Positions 8,191 to 19,400 of a stretch of DNA of 64,000 bases are shown here, in pieces. The stretch is from Bacteroidales bacterium (GTDB lineage: Bacteria; Bacteroidota; Bacteroidia; Bacteroidales; UBA932). A program made the position numbers and the translations under genes. The notes below the pieces were generated by a model. The model was not told where the DNA came from. It saw nothing but the letters and a program-made list of their open reading frames with translations, and made no database searches. The stretch's first letter is position 1, and the number at the start of each line of letters is the position of its first letter. The stretch spans positions 12,542 to 76,541 of the forward strand of contig JAKSKB010000001.1 of assembly GCA_024401975.1 (NCBI GenBank), written 5' to 3'.

Positions 8191-9186
8191 TCAATCGTTC
8201 AGAGAAAAACGCTTGAAAGCGGTAACCTTCACGTCTGCGCCGGCCTGGGCAAGTGCTTCCCTGACAGTCTGCTTCCCATCACCCATCTGATACTCCTGCT
8301 CGACGAGAGTGTTCTCCTTGAGGAACTTCTGAACACGGCCGTTGGCGATGTTCTCAATCATCTGCGCAGGGAGATTGGCGGCCTTCTCGGCACCCACCTC
8401 GGCGATTATCTTACGGGCCAGGGCAGCCTGCTCGGGAGTAATCCATCCTTTTGCAGTATTGGACTCTATATGATCCTCGCTGTCCACGTGGGCAGGATTG
8501 ATGCCGGCCTTCTTGAGGGCTGCATCGACGGCTTTCTGTATCTGCTCGTCCTTGGTCTTCTCAATAGCGACCTTCTTTTCGTTTTCGAGAACCTCCTTGG
8601 GGCAGTCCTCCGCGGAGATGGACACGGGATTCATAGAAGCGACCTGCATCACGATACCCTTCGCGAGTTCTGCGTCCACGGACTTGTTGAATCCCACGAT
8701 GGCACCCAGTTTCCCGTTGAGGGTATGGATGTACTGAGCCACAAAAGGAGCCTCTATCAAAGAATAGAATGCAAGTACGTGTTTTTCGCCCGTCTTTCCC
8801 GTCTGGGCTTCCACTGCGTCGGCAACAGTCTCTCCGCCTGCCATCCTGCAGGCCTTGAGAGCCTCAAGGTCGGCGGGGCAGTTGGCGATGGCTGTATCGG
8901 CTATCGCATCGGCGAGTTCCTGGAACGCCGCATTGCGGGACACGAAGTCAGTCTCGCAGCCGAGGCATACGAGGATGGCCTTGTTTCCGTCGATACGGGC
9001 CTTCACTGCACCTTCCGTAGTCTCACGGTCAGCGCGCTTTGCCGCAACGAGTTTACCCTTCTCGCGGATGATGCCGATTGCCTTGTCGAAGTCACCCTGA
9101 GCTTCCTCAAGAGCCTTCTTGCAGTCCATCATCCCGGCAGAAGTCATCTTACGCAATTTCATTACGTCTGCTGCTGTAATTGCCAT
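8191..9186 (-). CDS. tsf: translation elongation factor Ts
   Basis: LRKMTSAGMMDCKKAL, CETDFVS, MQVASMNP; follows rpsB. Start is ATG 9186 (MAITAAD). Confidence 0.97.
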   Translation of the reverse strand: MAITAADVMKLRKMTSAGMMDCKKALEEAQGDFDKAIGIIREKGKLVAAKRADRETTEGAVKARIDGNKAILVCLGCETDFVSRNAAFQELADAIADTAIANCPADLEALKACRMAGGETVADAVEAQTGKTGEKHVLAFYSLIEAPFVAQYIHTLNGKLGAIVGFNKSVDAELAKGIVMQVASMNPVSISAEDCPKEVLENEKKVAIEKTKDEQIQKAVDAALKKAGINPAHVDSEDHIESNTAKGWITPEQAALARKIIAEVGAEKAANLPAQMIENIANGRVQKFLKENTLVEQEYQMGDGKQTVREALAQAGADVKVTAFKRFSLND

Positions 9187-9205
9187 AGTCTCTAAAGTTT
9201 TTATA

Positions 9206-10072
9206 TTACTCTTCAGCGTTCTCCTCCGCAGGAGCGGTTTCCCCGCTTTCAGCAACCTCAGGAGCCTCGGCGGCCTTGCTCTCCGCCTCTACGTCAACGG
9301 GCTTGGCACCGCGGCGCGCGCGGAGATTCTTCGCGACGGGAGCGGCCTGTGCCTCTTCAGCGGCATCTTCCTTCTCCTTCGTGAGCTTTTTCTCTTCCAA
9401 ACCCTCCTGTATGGCCTTGCAAAGTACGTCCATTATGTATTCAATCGACTTTGCGGCATCGTCATTCGCCGGAATCACGTAATCAATCGGTGTGGGATCG
9501 CAACAAGTATCAACCATCGCGAATACCGGTATGTTAAGACGATTGGCCTCCTTCACGGCGTTGGCCTCTTTCTGTATGTCAACCACGAATATGGCTGAAG
9601 GGAGACGGTTCATATCCCTGATGGAACCGAGGTTCTTCTCAAGTTTCTCCCTCTGGCGCGTAACCTGGAGACGCTCTCTCTTGGCGAGCTTGTCGAAGGT
9701 ACCGTCCTCTTTCATCTTGTCGATGGTACTCATCTTCTTGACCGCCTTGCGGATTGTAGGGAAATTGGTGAGCATTCCGCCCGCCCATCTTTCCGTAACT
9801 GAAGGCATTCCTACAGAGGCAGCCTTCTCGGACACGATATCTTTTGCCTGTTTCTTGGTGGCCACGAAGAGTATCCTGCGGCCCGACTTCGCAAGCTCTT
9901 TCATAGCTTCCGCAGCCTCATCCAATTTGACGGCAGTCTTGTGCAGGTCGATGATGTGAATCCCGTTCCTCTCTATGAATATGTAAGGGGCCATCTTGGG
10001 ATTCCACTTCCTTGACAGATGTCCGAAGTGGGCGCCTGCATCAAGCAATTCCTGGAAATTTGTTCTTGACAT
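9206..10072 (-). CDS. rpsB: 30S ribosomal protein S2
   Basis: LLDAGAHFGH, WNPKMAPYIF, RWAGGMLTNF, IPANDDA. Confidence 0.98.
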   Translation of the reverse strand: MSRTNFQELLDAGAHFGHLSRKWNPKMAPYIFIERNGIHIIDLHKTAVKLDEAAEAMKELAKSGRRILFVATKKQAKDIVSEKAASVGMPSVTERWAGGMLTNFPTIRKAVKKMSTIDKMKEDGTFDKLAKRERLQVTRQREKLEKNLGSIRDMNRLPSAIFVVDIQKEANAVKEANRLNIPVFAMVDTCCDPTPIDYVIPANDDAAKSIEYIMDVLCKAIQEGLEEKKLTKEKEDAAEEAQAAPVAKNLRARRGAKPVDVEAESKAAEAPEVAESGETAPAEENAEE

Positions 10073-10255
10073 TTCTTTTAAAAATTTTTGATTTTCTCTT
10101 TACTTCAAGACGGACGGTAATGACTCCGGGTCAGTCCTCCGCCTTTTCCGCAGTGACGGCAATCTTCAAGCAGCTCCGCCGGATTCGCATCCGGGACAAA
10201 GGTCAGAAGATTTGATGACCGCACTGTGCATTTGTAAAACAACGATATCGGCAGG

Positions 10256-10645
10256 TTAACGTTTACTGAACTGGAAGCGCCTGCGTGCTCCGGGCTGGCC
10301 GGGTTTCTTCCTTTCAACCTCACGCGCATCGCGTGTAAGGAATCCGGCGGCCTTGAGTGCGGGGCGGTAAGCCTCCTTGTCCACTTCGCAAAGAGCGCGG
10401 GAGATACCGAGTCTGACGGCCTCTGCCTGACCCTTGATGCCACCGCCTACGATGTTCACCTTGATGTCGAACTGGCCTTCAGTCTTGGTCTCTGCAAGAG
10501 GCTGGTTCACGATGTAACGCAAAGCCTCCTCCTTGAAGTAGTCTTCGAGAGGGCGGTCGTTGATCGTGATGTTACCTTTTCCAGCGACAACATAAACGCG
10601 AGCCACAGCTGTTTTACGTCTTCCAAGGGCGTGTGTCTGTTCCAT
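10256..10645 (-). CDS. rpsI: 30S ribosomal protein S9
   Basis: [31 protein letters not shown]. Confidence 0.98.
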   Translation of the reverse strand: MEQTHALGRRKTAVARVYVVAGKGNITINDRPLEDYFKEEALRYIVNQPLAETKTEGQFDIKVNIVGGGIKGQAEAVRLGISRALCEVDKEAYRPALKAAGFLTRDAREVERKKPGQPGARRRFQFSKR

Positions 10646-10654
10646 TTGCTCTGT

Positions 10655-11107
10655 TTAGATTTCGTTCAACTTAATAACCTTAGGGTTCTGTGCCTGGTGC
10701 GGATGCTCGGGACCTGCATAAACGTGCAGATTGCCGAGGATGTCGGCGCCAAGACGTGTCTTAGGGAGCATACCCTTCACAGCTCTCCTAATCAGTTCAG
10801 TGGGGTTCTTCGCAAGAATCTCCTTCGGCGTCGTGAAACGCTGCCCGCCCGGATATCCGGTGTAGCGCGTATAGACGCGGTCGGTCATCTTCTTTCCGGA
10901 GAGAGCCACCTTCTCGGCGTTGACCACGATGACGTTGTCACCGCAATCTACGTGAGGGGTGAATCCCGGTTTGGTCTTGCCGCGAAGGACAAGAGCAATC
11001 CTGGATGCGAGACGACCAAGAGCAAGATCCGTTGCATCAATGACAACCCACTCTTTCTTCACAGTCGCTGCATTGAGCGATACTGTCTTGTAGCTTTGTG
11101 TGTCCAC
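10655..11107 (-). CDS. rplM: 50S ribosomal protein L13
   Basis: WVVIDA, LGRLAS, TPHVDCGDNVIVVNA, YTGYPGG, HPHQAQ. GTG start at 11107. Confidence 0.97.
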   Translation of the reverse strand: MDTQSYKTVSLNAATVKKEWVVIDATDLALGRLASRIALVLRGKTKPGFTPHVDCGDNVIVVNAEKVALSGKKMTDRVYTRYTGYPGGQRFTTPKEILAKNPTELIRRAVKGMLPKTRLGADILGNLHVYAGPEHPHQAQNPKVIKLNEI

Positions 11108-11167
11108 TGTCTTGATCTTTAAATGGTTGTACTTAATTGTTGCGTTCCCTACACTACATAGGGGGTG

Positions 11168-11198
11168 CAAAGGTAATAAAATTTCACGATGCTGCAAA
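11168..11198 (-). promoter_or_regulatory. consensus Bacteroidota promoter for rplM-rpsI-rpsB-tsf
   Basis: Minus strand TTTG (11198-11195), 19-nt spacer, TACCTTTG (11175-11168). Confidence 0.8.
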
Positions 11199-11284
11199 AT
11201 TATCCTTGAGAATTCGTGGGAGCGCGCGATTGAGTTGGGGAAATATACAGGGAATGGCTATATTTGAGCCACATATCACCGACT

Positions 11285-12319
11285 ATGAAAATAGGCAACC
11301 TCGACCTGGGAGAGAGACCGGTGCTTCTGGCGCCGATGGAGGACGTGACTGACGCGTCTTTCCGCATACTGTGCCGGGAATACGGAGCCGATATGGTCTA
11401 TACCGAATTCGTCCCCTCCGACGGGTTGATAAGAGATGCGGACAAGGCCATAGCCAAGATGCGCACGAGCGATGCGGAAGCCCCCGTGGGAATCCAGATT
11501 TACGGACACATACCCGAATCGATGGTAGAAGCCGCAAGGATGGCTGACAGAGCCGCCGAAATCGCAGGCGGGCACGGTTGCGAACTCATAGACATCAATT
11601 TCGGCTGCCCCGTCAGCAAGATAGCGGGCCGCGGCGCGGGGTCGGGGATGATGCGCGAACCGGACAAGATGGTGGCCATAACGAAAGCCGTAGTGGAAGC
11701 GGTAGGGAAGCCCGTCACCGTAAAGACCCGCCTCGGGTGGGACGACAGTTCCAGAATCATAGTCGAACTTGCGGAGCGCCTGCAGGACTGCGGCATAAAG
11801 GCCCTGACCGTACACGGGCGTACCCGGCAGCAGATGTACCGGGGCGAAGCGGACTGGACCCTTATCGGCAGGATAAAGGAAAATCCGCGGATGACCATCC
11901 CGATAATCGGGAACGGGGACATCAATTCCCCGCAGAAAGCGAAGGAAGCTTTCGACCGCTACGGAGTGGACGGCATAATGGTGGGACGCGCCACTTTCGG
12001 GCATCCCTGGCTGTTCAAAGAGATAAAACACTATCTGGACACGGGCGAACTGCCGCCGCCTATGAGCGTGAGGGAAAAGGTGGAGCTGGCGAAAAGGCAC
12101 TGCGCCCTCTCCGTGGCCCTGAAAGGGGAGAAAAGGAGCGTCTTCGAAATGCGGAGGCACCTTTCCTGCTATTTCAAGGGACTCCCGGAGTTCAAGGACA
12201 CCCGCATACGTCTGGTCACGGCTCCTTCCACGGAAGAAGTACTCGGAATCCTTGACGGGATAGCTGACAGATGGGGCGATTACTCTCCAGAAGACAATGT
12301 GGGAGTTTACGGATTATAA
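11285..12319 (+). CDS. dusB: tRNA-dihydrouridine synthase
   Basis: LAPMEDVTD, DINFGCP, PVTVKTRLG, VHGRT, GNGDI, MVGRA. TATATTTG at 11259-11266 precedes ATG 11285. Confidence 0.9.
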   Translation: MKIGNLDLGERPVLLAPMEDVTDASFRILCREYGADMVYTEFVPSDGLIRDADKAIAKMRTSDAEAPVGIQIYGHIPESMVEAARMADRAAEIAGGHGCELIDINFGCPVSKIAGRGAGSGMMREPDKMVAITKAVVEAVGKPVTVKTRLGWDDSSRIIVELAERLQDCGIKALTVHGRTRQQMYRGEADWTLIGRIKENPRMTIPIIGNGDINSPQKAKEAFDRYGVDGIMVGRATFGHPWLFKEIKHYLDTGELPPPMSVREKVELAKRHCALSVALKGEKRSVFEMRRHLSCYFKGLPEFKDTRIRLVTAPSTEEVLGILDGIADRWGDYSPEDNVGVYGL

Positions 12320-12334
12320 TCATATATTTGCAAT

Positions 12335-13426
12335 ATGCAAGGAAAGACAGGTTTCTCCCCATACTTTCTGATTCTGCGACTCCGCAGCCTGCTCTACGAA
12401 AAAGGATGGATAAAGGTTCACTCCTCGCCCGTCCCTACCGTCTGCATAGGCAACGTCACCGTCGGTGGCACAGGCAAGACACCGCATACCGAGATGATAG
12501 CACGTATGCTTCAAGGCAGCGAAGAATGGAGAGGGAAAAACATAGCGATACTTTCAAGGGGATACGGACGCAGGAGCAGAGGCTTCCAGCAAGTGCCCCC
12601 GGGCGGGTCGGCCTGTCTGTTCGGAGACGAACCGGTACAGATGAAAAACAATCTGCCGGGCGTGACCGTGGCCCTGGACAAGGACAGGGTGGAAGGTTGC
12701 GAACTGCTGTGCCATCCCGAAACGGTACGCGCGTCGCGGAGGCATAGCGGATGTCTGGACAAGGAGTTCCCTGCGGCTGACGTGATTGTACTCGACGATG
12801 CATTCCAGTACCGCAGGCTCAAGGCAGACCTCGATATCCTGCTGATAGACTACAACAGACCAGTCCGGGAAGACCGTCCGTTGCCCCTGGGCAGACTCAG
12901 GGACTTTCCGGAAAGAGTCGCGGAAGCGGACATCGTCATAGTCACCAAATGCCCGTACTATCTGGAAGACAGGGACAGGGAGGAATGGAAATCGAAAGCC
13001 GGCCTGCGGGAAGGGCAGAAAGTCTTCTTCACCAACATAGTACACGGGGCACTGACACCCGTATATGCGGAATCCTGCGACATCAGATACGTATATTCGA
13101 AGCAGGCCATACTGTTCACCGCAATAGCCAATGACACCCCGTTGAAAATGCACCTAAGCGACAACTACAAGATAGTGAAGCACTTCCGTCTGCCCGACCA
13201 CCACAGGTTCACGCACCGGGACATATCCAGGCTTGCATCGGCGGCGGGACGCTCGCCTATGGCCGCGATATGCACGACAGAAAAGGACGCACAACGCGTC
13301 CTTGACTGCGACGTCCCTCAAGACGTCAGGGAAAAGATGTTCCGGATTCCCGTTTCGGTAGGATTCTTCTCCGAAAAGGAAGAGAGGGACTTCAGGGAAG
13401 CCCTGCTCGCCGGTATCAGACGGTAA
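12335..13426 (+). CDS. lpxK: tetraacyldisaccharide 4'-kinase
   Basis: IGNVTVGGTGKTP, LSRGYG, GDEP, LDDAFQ, PLGRLR, PDHH, TTEKDA. Confidence 0.95.
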   Translation: MQGKTGFSPYFLILRLRSLLYEKGWIKVHSSPVPTVCIGNVTVGGTGKTPHTEMIARMLQGSEEWRGKNIAILSRGYGRRSRGFQQVPPGGSACLFGDEPVQMKNNLPGVTVALDKDRVEGCELLCHPETVRASRRHSGCLDKEFPAADVIVLDDAFQYRRLKADLDILLIDYNRPVREDRPLPLGRLRDFPERVAEADIVIVTKCPYYLEDRDREEWKSKAGLREGQKVFFTNIVHGALTPVYAESCDIRYVYSKQAILFTAIANDTPLKMHLSDNYKIVKHFRLPDHHRFTHRDISRLASAAGRSPMAAICTTEKDAQRVLDCDVPQDVREKMFRIPVSVGFFSEKEERDFREALLAGIRR

Positions 13427-13985
13427 GGATTTCCTTCTCCTTCGCCGCCACAGTCTCATCGATGACTTTTATGTTGGCATCGGTGACTTTCTGAACCTCT
13501 TCTTCGGCCTCCTTTTCGGCATCCTCTGACAATCCGTCACTCTTCTGCGCCTTCTTGAGCGCATCGACTGCATCGCGCCTGCTGTTGCGGACAGCCACCT
13601 TGGCATTCTCGCCGGCGGCCTTGGCCTTCTTGATGAGCTCGCGGCGGCGCTCCTCCGTGAGAGGCGGCACCACGCAGCGTATGACATCACCGTTGTTGGC
13701 CGGGGTGAAACCGAGATTCGCATCCAATATGGCCTTCTCTATAATAGGGATGAGCGACTTCTCCCACGGCTGGATGACAAGCGTCCTGGCATCCGGAGTC
13801 GTGACGGAAGACACCTGCGAGACGGGGGTAGGCGTACCGTAATAGCTGACCGTCACGCCATTGAATACGGACGGATTGGCCTTGCCCACCCTGTAGGTCT
13901 TGAGGTCTTCTTCGAGGAACTTCACTGTTTCCTTCATCTTGGCATCAACGGAAGAGACGATGCCCTTTGCACTGTCTGTTAGCAT
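13416..13985 (-). CDS. frr: ribosome recycling factor
   Basis: RVGKANP, YYGTPTP, IEKAI, PPLTEERR, AVRNSRRDA. Confidence 0.97.
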   Translation of the reverse strand: MLTDSAKGIVSSVDAKMKETVKFLEEDLKTYRVGKANPSVFNGVTVSYYGTPTPVSQVSSVTTPDARTLVIQPWEKSLIPIIEKAILDANLGFTPANNGDVIRCVVPPLTEERRRELIKKAKAAGENAKVAVRNSRRDAVDALKKAQKSDGLSEDAEKEAEEEVQKVTDANIKVIDETVAAKEKEILTV

Positions 13986-13997
13986 AAAAGTCGTGTG

Positions 13998-14702
13998 TTA
14001 AGCGTGAACAATCGTACCTATCGGCTCACCGGCAAGCACCTTCCTGAGATTGCCTTTCCGGGTCGAATCAAACACTATGACGGGCATATCACCCTGCTCG
14101 CATAGAGCGAACGCCGTCTGGTCCATCACCTTGAGGTGGTCGGCCATCGCCTTGTCGAATGTAAGGTCGGAGTATTTCCTGGCGCCTGGGCACTTCTCGG
14201 GGTCAGCGTCATAGACCCCGTCCACCCGTGTGCCTTTCAGCACTGCATCGGCACCGATTTCCAGCCCCCTGAGGGCTGCCCCGGAGTCGGTGGTGAAGAA
14301 AGGGTTGCCGGTGCCTCCCGCTATCAGGGCCACACCTCCATCCTCCAGCAGCCTCACTGCGGCATCGCGTACATAGTAGCGGGCCATAGGCTCCATAGGA
14401 GTGGCTGTGAACACCTCTGCGCGAAGTCCCTCCTTGCGGAGAGCGAGTGCGAGAGCCAGGGCGTTGATGACGGTGGCAAGCATACCCATCTTGTCGGCAT
14501 CCACTCTGTCAAAGCCCCTCTGTGCTCCCCTGAGTCCGCGGAAGATGTTCCCTCCGCCAATCACAACGGCAATCTGATGGCCGGCTCTGACCGCATCCGC
14601 CACTTCGGATGCGTACAGAGCCAGACTTTCATCGTCAACGCCTCTGCCCTGAGAGCCACCCAGACTCTCTCCGCTGAGTTTCAGCAATACTCTCCTGTAC
14701 AT
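13998..14702 (-). CDS. pyrH: UMP kinase
   Basis: YRRVLLKLSGE, GGGNIFRG, GMLATVIN, GTGNPFFTTD, VDGVY. Start is ATG 14702. Confidence 0.97.
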   Translation of the reverse strand: MYRRVLLKLSGESLGGSQGRGVDDESLALYASEVADAVRAGHQIAVVIGGGNIFRGLRGAQRGFDRVDADKMGMLATVINALALALALRKEGLRAEVFTATPMEPMARYYVRDAAVRLLEDGGVALIAGGTGNPFFTTDSGAALRGLEIGADAVLKGTRVDGVYDADPEKCPGARKYSDLTFDKAMADHLKVMDQTAFALCEQGDMPVIVFDSTRKGNLRKVLAGEPIGTIVHA

Positions 14703-14719
14703 TGCGGTCGGGGCTATTG

Positions 14720-16474
14720 TCAGCGGACGAAGTAAGCGTCGTCGGAGCCACGCCAACCGTCCTTATGCTGGAGCACACCGTTCGAGCGGATGATTTCGGT
14801 CTCGGGATAGTCGAGGAAGCCTCCGGTCTTCGTATAACGTTCAGCGTAACTGCTGTTTATCGTGGCCTCCTGCCCGCAGTTGCAGACGTGCTGGCCATTC
14901 TGCTTCTCGAGGGCCTGTTTGCAATAGTCGCCCCAGCCCGGCTGACGCGGATCTCCGCCCCAGCGGCGCATATCTCCCCAGCGTACGCCTTCGAAGGCAA
15001 GTTCATAGCGGCGCTCTGCCTGGACATTATTCAAATTGTACGAATCATAAGGTCGTATTCCGGCGCGTGCGCGAACTTGATTCATTCCAGTCACATTTTC
15101 TTCCAGTTCAACCCACATAAGCAGCATATCGGCGTAGCGAAGAACAGGTACGTTGACCGGGCTGTTGCCAAGGCCCAGGTCAGTCTTGCCGTCGCCATAG
15201 TACTTTCTCGAGGAGAGTGCCTCACGGAACTTCAGATTCTCCCCTTCCTTGGAGGAGTATGTCTGGTACTTCTTCTGGACATAGCCTGTGAACTCCATAC
15301 CGTCGGAGTTGAATTCCATCCAGTCATCGTGCGTGGGAAAGAGTTCATCTTCAAGTACACAGACCGAGGCCCTCTTGCGCGAATCGTCACCGGGCCACTC
15401 ATCCATAAGCCCTGGATTGACGGGAGCGAAGCCGAAGCCTCCGTTGAAGGGGAATATGTCCGCACCCCCGGCACGGCGCAGGCCGAAGTACCGGTACATC
15501 CTGTTCGCCTGTCCGGACACCGGAGCGCAGCAGATTTCAAAGACGGCCTCACGGTTGTCCGTCACGAAATACTCACTCATATCTTGCACGTAAGTATAAT
15601 CCTTTGCGGTCTCTTCGTTGGAGTAAGGCCATATCATACGGAAATTCTGAATCAAGCGATGTCCGCCATTATCAATTGCGCTTCGCAGCATATCAATAAC
15701 TTCTCGCTTTGAAAGATGGTATCCATCGGGCAGTTCCAATTCTACAAGATCTCTATCTCTAGCCAGTTCTCCAACTCCGTTGTAGAAACCCTGGTAGAAC
15801 ATATAGACACGGGCGAGGAGTCCTGCGGCCGCGGCCTTGTTCGCGCGTCCCTGAACGTTATAGGAGTAAAACATCTTCTCATATGCCATCTTCAAATCCT
15901 GCAGGATGTGCATATAAAGTTCTCCCACTTCGGGGAAGAGCGGGGGGTAACAAAGTCCATCGAGACCCTGGAACGGTTGCTCCACCCAGGGAACGTTTTC
16001 GAACATCTGGGCAAGAGTGAAGTAGAAGTATGCGCGGAGCATATACGCTTCACCGAGACACTGGCTGAGTTCCTCATCAAGGCTCTCCGGGTCACCAAGC
16101 GCCGTGATAACCATATTGGCGCGGCCTATGCCTTCGTAGCAGTTGGCCCAGTATCCGGCGAAATAGTCACGGTCATTGTACATCATACGATCCATCGCCT
16201 GTATGTCGAGGTCACTGACTCCGCCGCCGCCGAACTGGTCATCGGAGACTATGTTGGCATACATAATGTAATTGGAGGTGGGATATTCGCTCACGGATGC
16301 GTTGAGCACGGCATAGATGCTGTTGAGCAGTTGCATCACGTCTTCCTGTGTAGCGGGGAAGTAACTTGACACGTTCCCTTCGTCGCCGGTCGCCTTGTCG
16401 AGGAATTTGTCGCAGGAGACTGTTGCCATCGCTGCAAGGCAGATGCACAATATTGTTTTTATTGTCTTTTTCAT
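14720..16474 (-). CDS. SusD/RagB family outer membrane lipoprotein
   Basis: Lipobox TVSC; GEAYMLRAYFYF, GRANKAAA, LRYADMLLM, NQVRARAG, ERRYELAFEGVRWGDMRRW. Confidence 0.92.
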   Translation of the reverse strand: MKKTIKTILCICLAAMATVSCDKFLDKATGDEGNVSSYFPATQEDVMQLLNSIYAVLNASVSEYPTSNYIMYANIVSDDQFGGGGVSDLDIQAMDRMMYNDRDYFAGYWANCYEGIGRANMVITALGDPESLDEELSQCLGEAYMLRAYFYFTLAQMFENVPWVEQPFQGLDGLCYPPLFPEVGELYMHILQDLKMAYEKMFYSYNVQGRANKAAAAGLLARVYMFYQGFYNGVGELARDRDLVELELPDGYHLSKREVIDMLRSAIDNGGHRLIQNFRMIWPYSNEETAKDYTYVQDMSEYFVTDNREAVFEICCAPVSGQANRMYRYFGLRRAGGADIFPFNGGFGFAPVNPGLMDEWPGDDSRKRASVCVLEDELFPTHDDWMEFNSDGMEFTGYVQKKYQTYSSKEGENLKFREALSSRKYYGDGKTDLGLGNSPVNVPVLRYADMLLMWVELEENVTGMNQVRARAGIRPYDSYNLNNVQAERRYELAFEGVRWGDMRRWGGDPRQPGWGDYCKQALEKQNGQHVCNCGQEATINSSYAERYTKTGGFLDYPETEIIRSNGVLQHKDGWRGSDDAYFVR

Positions 16475-16480
16475 AATTGA

Positions 16481-19400
16481 CTAGAATGAGAGGTTGATAC
16501 CGATGAGGAATGTTCTCGGGCTGGGATAGCAGCCGAGGTCGATGCCCTGCATCCAGTTTTCGCCGGCGCCGTAGCCGACTTCGGGGTCCATACCCTGATA
16601 TTTTGTGAAGGTGAAAGGATTCTGCACAGCCACGTAGAGACGGCACTTGCTGATGACGGAACCCCTGAAGAGTCTCTGGAAGTCATACCCCAGAGTGACG
16701 TTGGAAATCCTGAAGAAGTCGCCGTTCTCGACGTAGATGTCGGAAATCTGCTTCCAGTTCCTGCCACTGCCGTAAGTGAGACGGGGGAGTCTGTTGGAAG
16801 AGCCTTCTCCCTGCCAGGTGTTCAGCATATCGGCAGTGAAGTTATCTTTCTGGCAGTCGATGAACGAGCGGTATGACCTTACAATCTGCTGCCCGAACGC
16901 GCCGTAGCCGCTGATGCCGAGGTCAAAGCCCTTGTAGGCGAACCAGAGGTTGAGTCCGGCGGTGAAGTCGGGACGAGGGTCGCCTATCATCGTGCGGTCA
17001 TCGGTGTCTATGACACCGTCACCGTTGATATCGACGAAAATCAGGTCTCCCGGTACTGCGTCATCATATTTGGCGCCGGAGTAATTTGCAATCTGCTCCT
17101 CTGTCTGGAACACTCCCGCAGTCTTGTAGCCGTAGAAGAAGCCGAGAGGACGACCCGCTTCGATGCGGTACAGTTCGCCGGTGCCCGTGCCCAGGATGTC
17201 GGACTGCCCGGAAATGATTTCTCCCTGATTGGGGAGATAGAGCACGGTGTTGCAGTTGTGTGAGCCGTTGAGCTTTATGCCGTACTGGAAGTCTCCCGTG
17301 TATTTGCCCCAGTCGATGGAGAACTCGAAACCCCTGTTGCGGAGTTTGCCGCCGTTTATGCAGGCGGTCTGGAATCCGTATGCGAGCGGGATGCATTCGG
17401 GAACAATCAGGTCACTGGTATTCTTGATATAGCTGTCAAAGCTCAGGCCCAGACGGGAGTTGAAGAACCGCATATCGATGCCGGCATTGATTTGCTTCGT
17501 CGTTTCCCAGCCGAGTTCGGGGTTGTCAATCCCTTCGATATGGGCGGTCTGCTCGGGGAATCTCTTGTCACCGAAGCCGCTGAAAGTTCCCTGCACGAGG
17601 GTGGAGTATGACAAGGCTCCGAGACCGGAATTGCCTGTCTTCCCCCAGGATGCGCGGAGTTTCAAGAAGCTGAGCCAGTTCTGCGCGCCTTTCATCCAGC
17701 GTTCGTTGGAGATTATCCATCCTGCGGAGACCGAAGGGAACATCGCCCATTGATGTCCTCTCGACAGATTTGATGCGCCATCCGTGCGAAAAGTGACAGC
17801 AAGGAGGTATCTGTCATCATAGTTGTAGTTGAAGCGCCCGAAGATAGCCGAGAAAGCATATCTGGCATCGGTCGGACCTGCGAAGGCCTGGCTCAGTGTC
17901 CAATTTTCGAGGGAGTGTCCGACGAGGAAGTCGAAGTGGTGTCTCTTCCAGGCCGTGAGGCTGTAGGAGAGAGTGTTCTCCCAGGAGATTCTGCTGCTTA
18001 TGCCCGTAATGCGTCCGTTCGATGCGGTCTCGTTGAAAAACTCGTCGTTGACGGCGTATTCCTCTTCTCTCCAGCTGCCGGTGCCCGCTGACAGGACGGC
18101 ACCGAGTTGTGACCTCAGTTTCAGACCCTTGATGGGCTGGAATTGGATGAAGGCGCTTCCCTGAAGGTTGAGGCTTCTGGCCTCGTTGAGTCCTCTCGGG
18201 GTTGACTGGTCGAGGAGGATGGGATTGGCGAAGCTGAAACTGCCGTCATCGAAGGCATACCCGAGGATGTCACGCGAAGCGGAAGTATAAAAATCGCCTT
18301 CGGGGGTATAGATGGGGATGAGGGGGTTGGCGCGCAGGCGGTTGCGGATGGAGTTCCAACTTCCTTCGCCTTCCGTGATGCCGTGCCTCTTGCTGAAAGT
18401 GAGATTGAAGGTTTCCCCTATCCTCAATATGTCGAGACCGCGCTTCCTGATGACCACGTTGTCGGTGTTGGCCCGGAGGTTGTAGCGTTCGAACGCCTTG
18501 CCGGCACTTCTGTCGGCCTCGAGTATGCCGTCCTGTCCCGTGTAGGAAAGACCGACGGAGAAACTATGGTCCGCAGTGCCGCCGTTGACGTTGATGGTGT
18601 GGTTGGTGGTGGCTGCGCCCTTCTTGTAAAGCTCATTGAACCAGTCGGTTCCTCCCCGTTGGCCACTCGTAATGGCCGCGTACTGGTCTTCGGGAAGCAT
18701 TTCGACCCAGTTGGTCAGCTCCTGCCCCTCGTTGGCCAGCATCTGGTCGTAGAGTTTCATATAGTCCTTCGCGCTGACAAGACCCGGCGCTTTGGCGAGA
18801 TTCTGCCAGCCGTAGAACCCTTCGTACGAGACGGAGGTGCGGCCGCTTCCGCCGCGTTTGGTGGTGACGAGCACCACACCGTTGGACGCCCTTCCGCTGT
18901 AGATGGCTGTGGAGGCCGCGTCCTTGAGGATTTCTATGGACTCTATGTCAGCAGGGTTGAGGGCATCTATACTGCCGCCAGCCACTCCGTCGATGACGTA
19001 GAGGGGCTCGGAGTCTCCGACTATGGTGCTGATGCCGCGTATGTTGACCTTGTAGCCTGATCCGGGCTGACCGGATTCCTGCGTGATGAAGGCGCCGGGG
19101 GTCTGGCTCTGCAGAGCGCCGATTGCGTTGACGGGGCTGAGACTGGTGATGGCTGCACCGTCAACGTGGACGGTGGAACCGGTGAGGAGCCCTTTCCGCT
19201 GCGTGGCATAGCCCACTGCAACGATTTCGTTGAGTCCGTCGAAGTCAGGGGTCAACCCGACTTCCACCGATGCGTTGCCGTTCAGTTCGACGTCTTCGGT
19301 GGCATATCCGAGGAAAGTCACCTGAAGTGTCCCATAAGCGGGGGCGTCAATGGAGAAACTTCCGTCATCGCCCGAAGTGACGAAGGACGACGTGCCCTTG

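Noticed and set aside
8099-8290. Small ORFs 8099..8290 and 49076..49339 sharing MPHRG.CVSSGGKTKGVD
   Set aside because: The shared peptide is just the translation of the DNA repeat. Both frames run antisense into real genes and diverge after the element.
8380-8560. ~55-aa insertion in EF-Ts (KAGINPAHVDSEDHIESN...)
   Set aside because: This is a normal feature of Bacteroidales EF-Ts, not an intein or a novelty.
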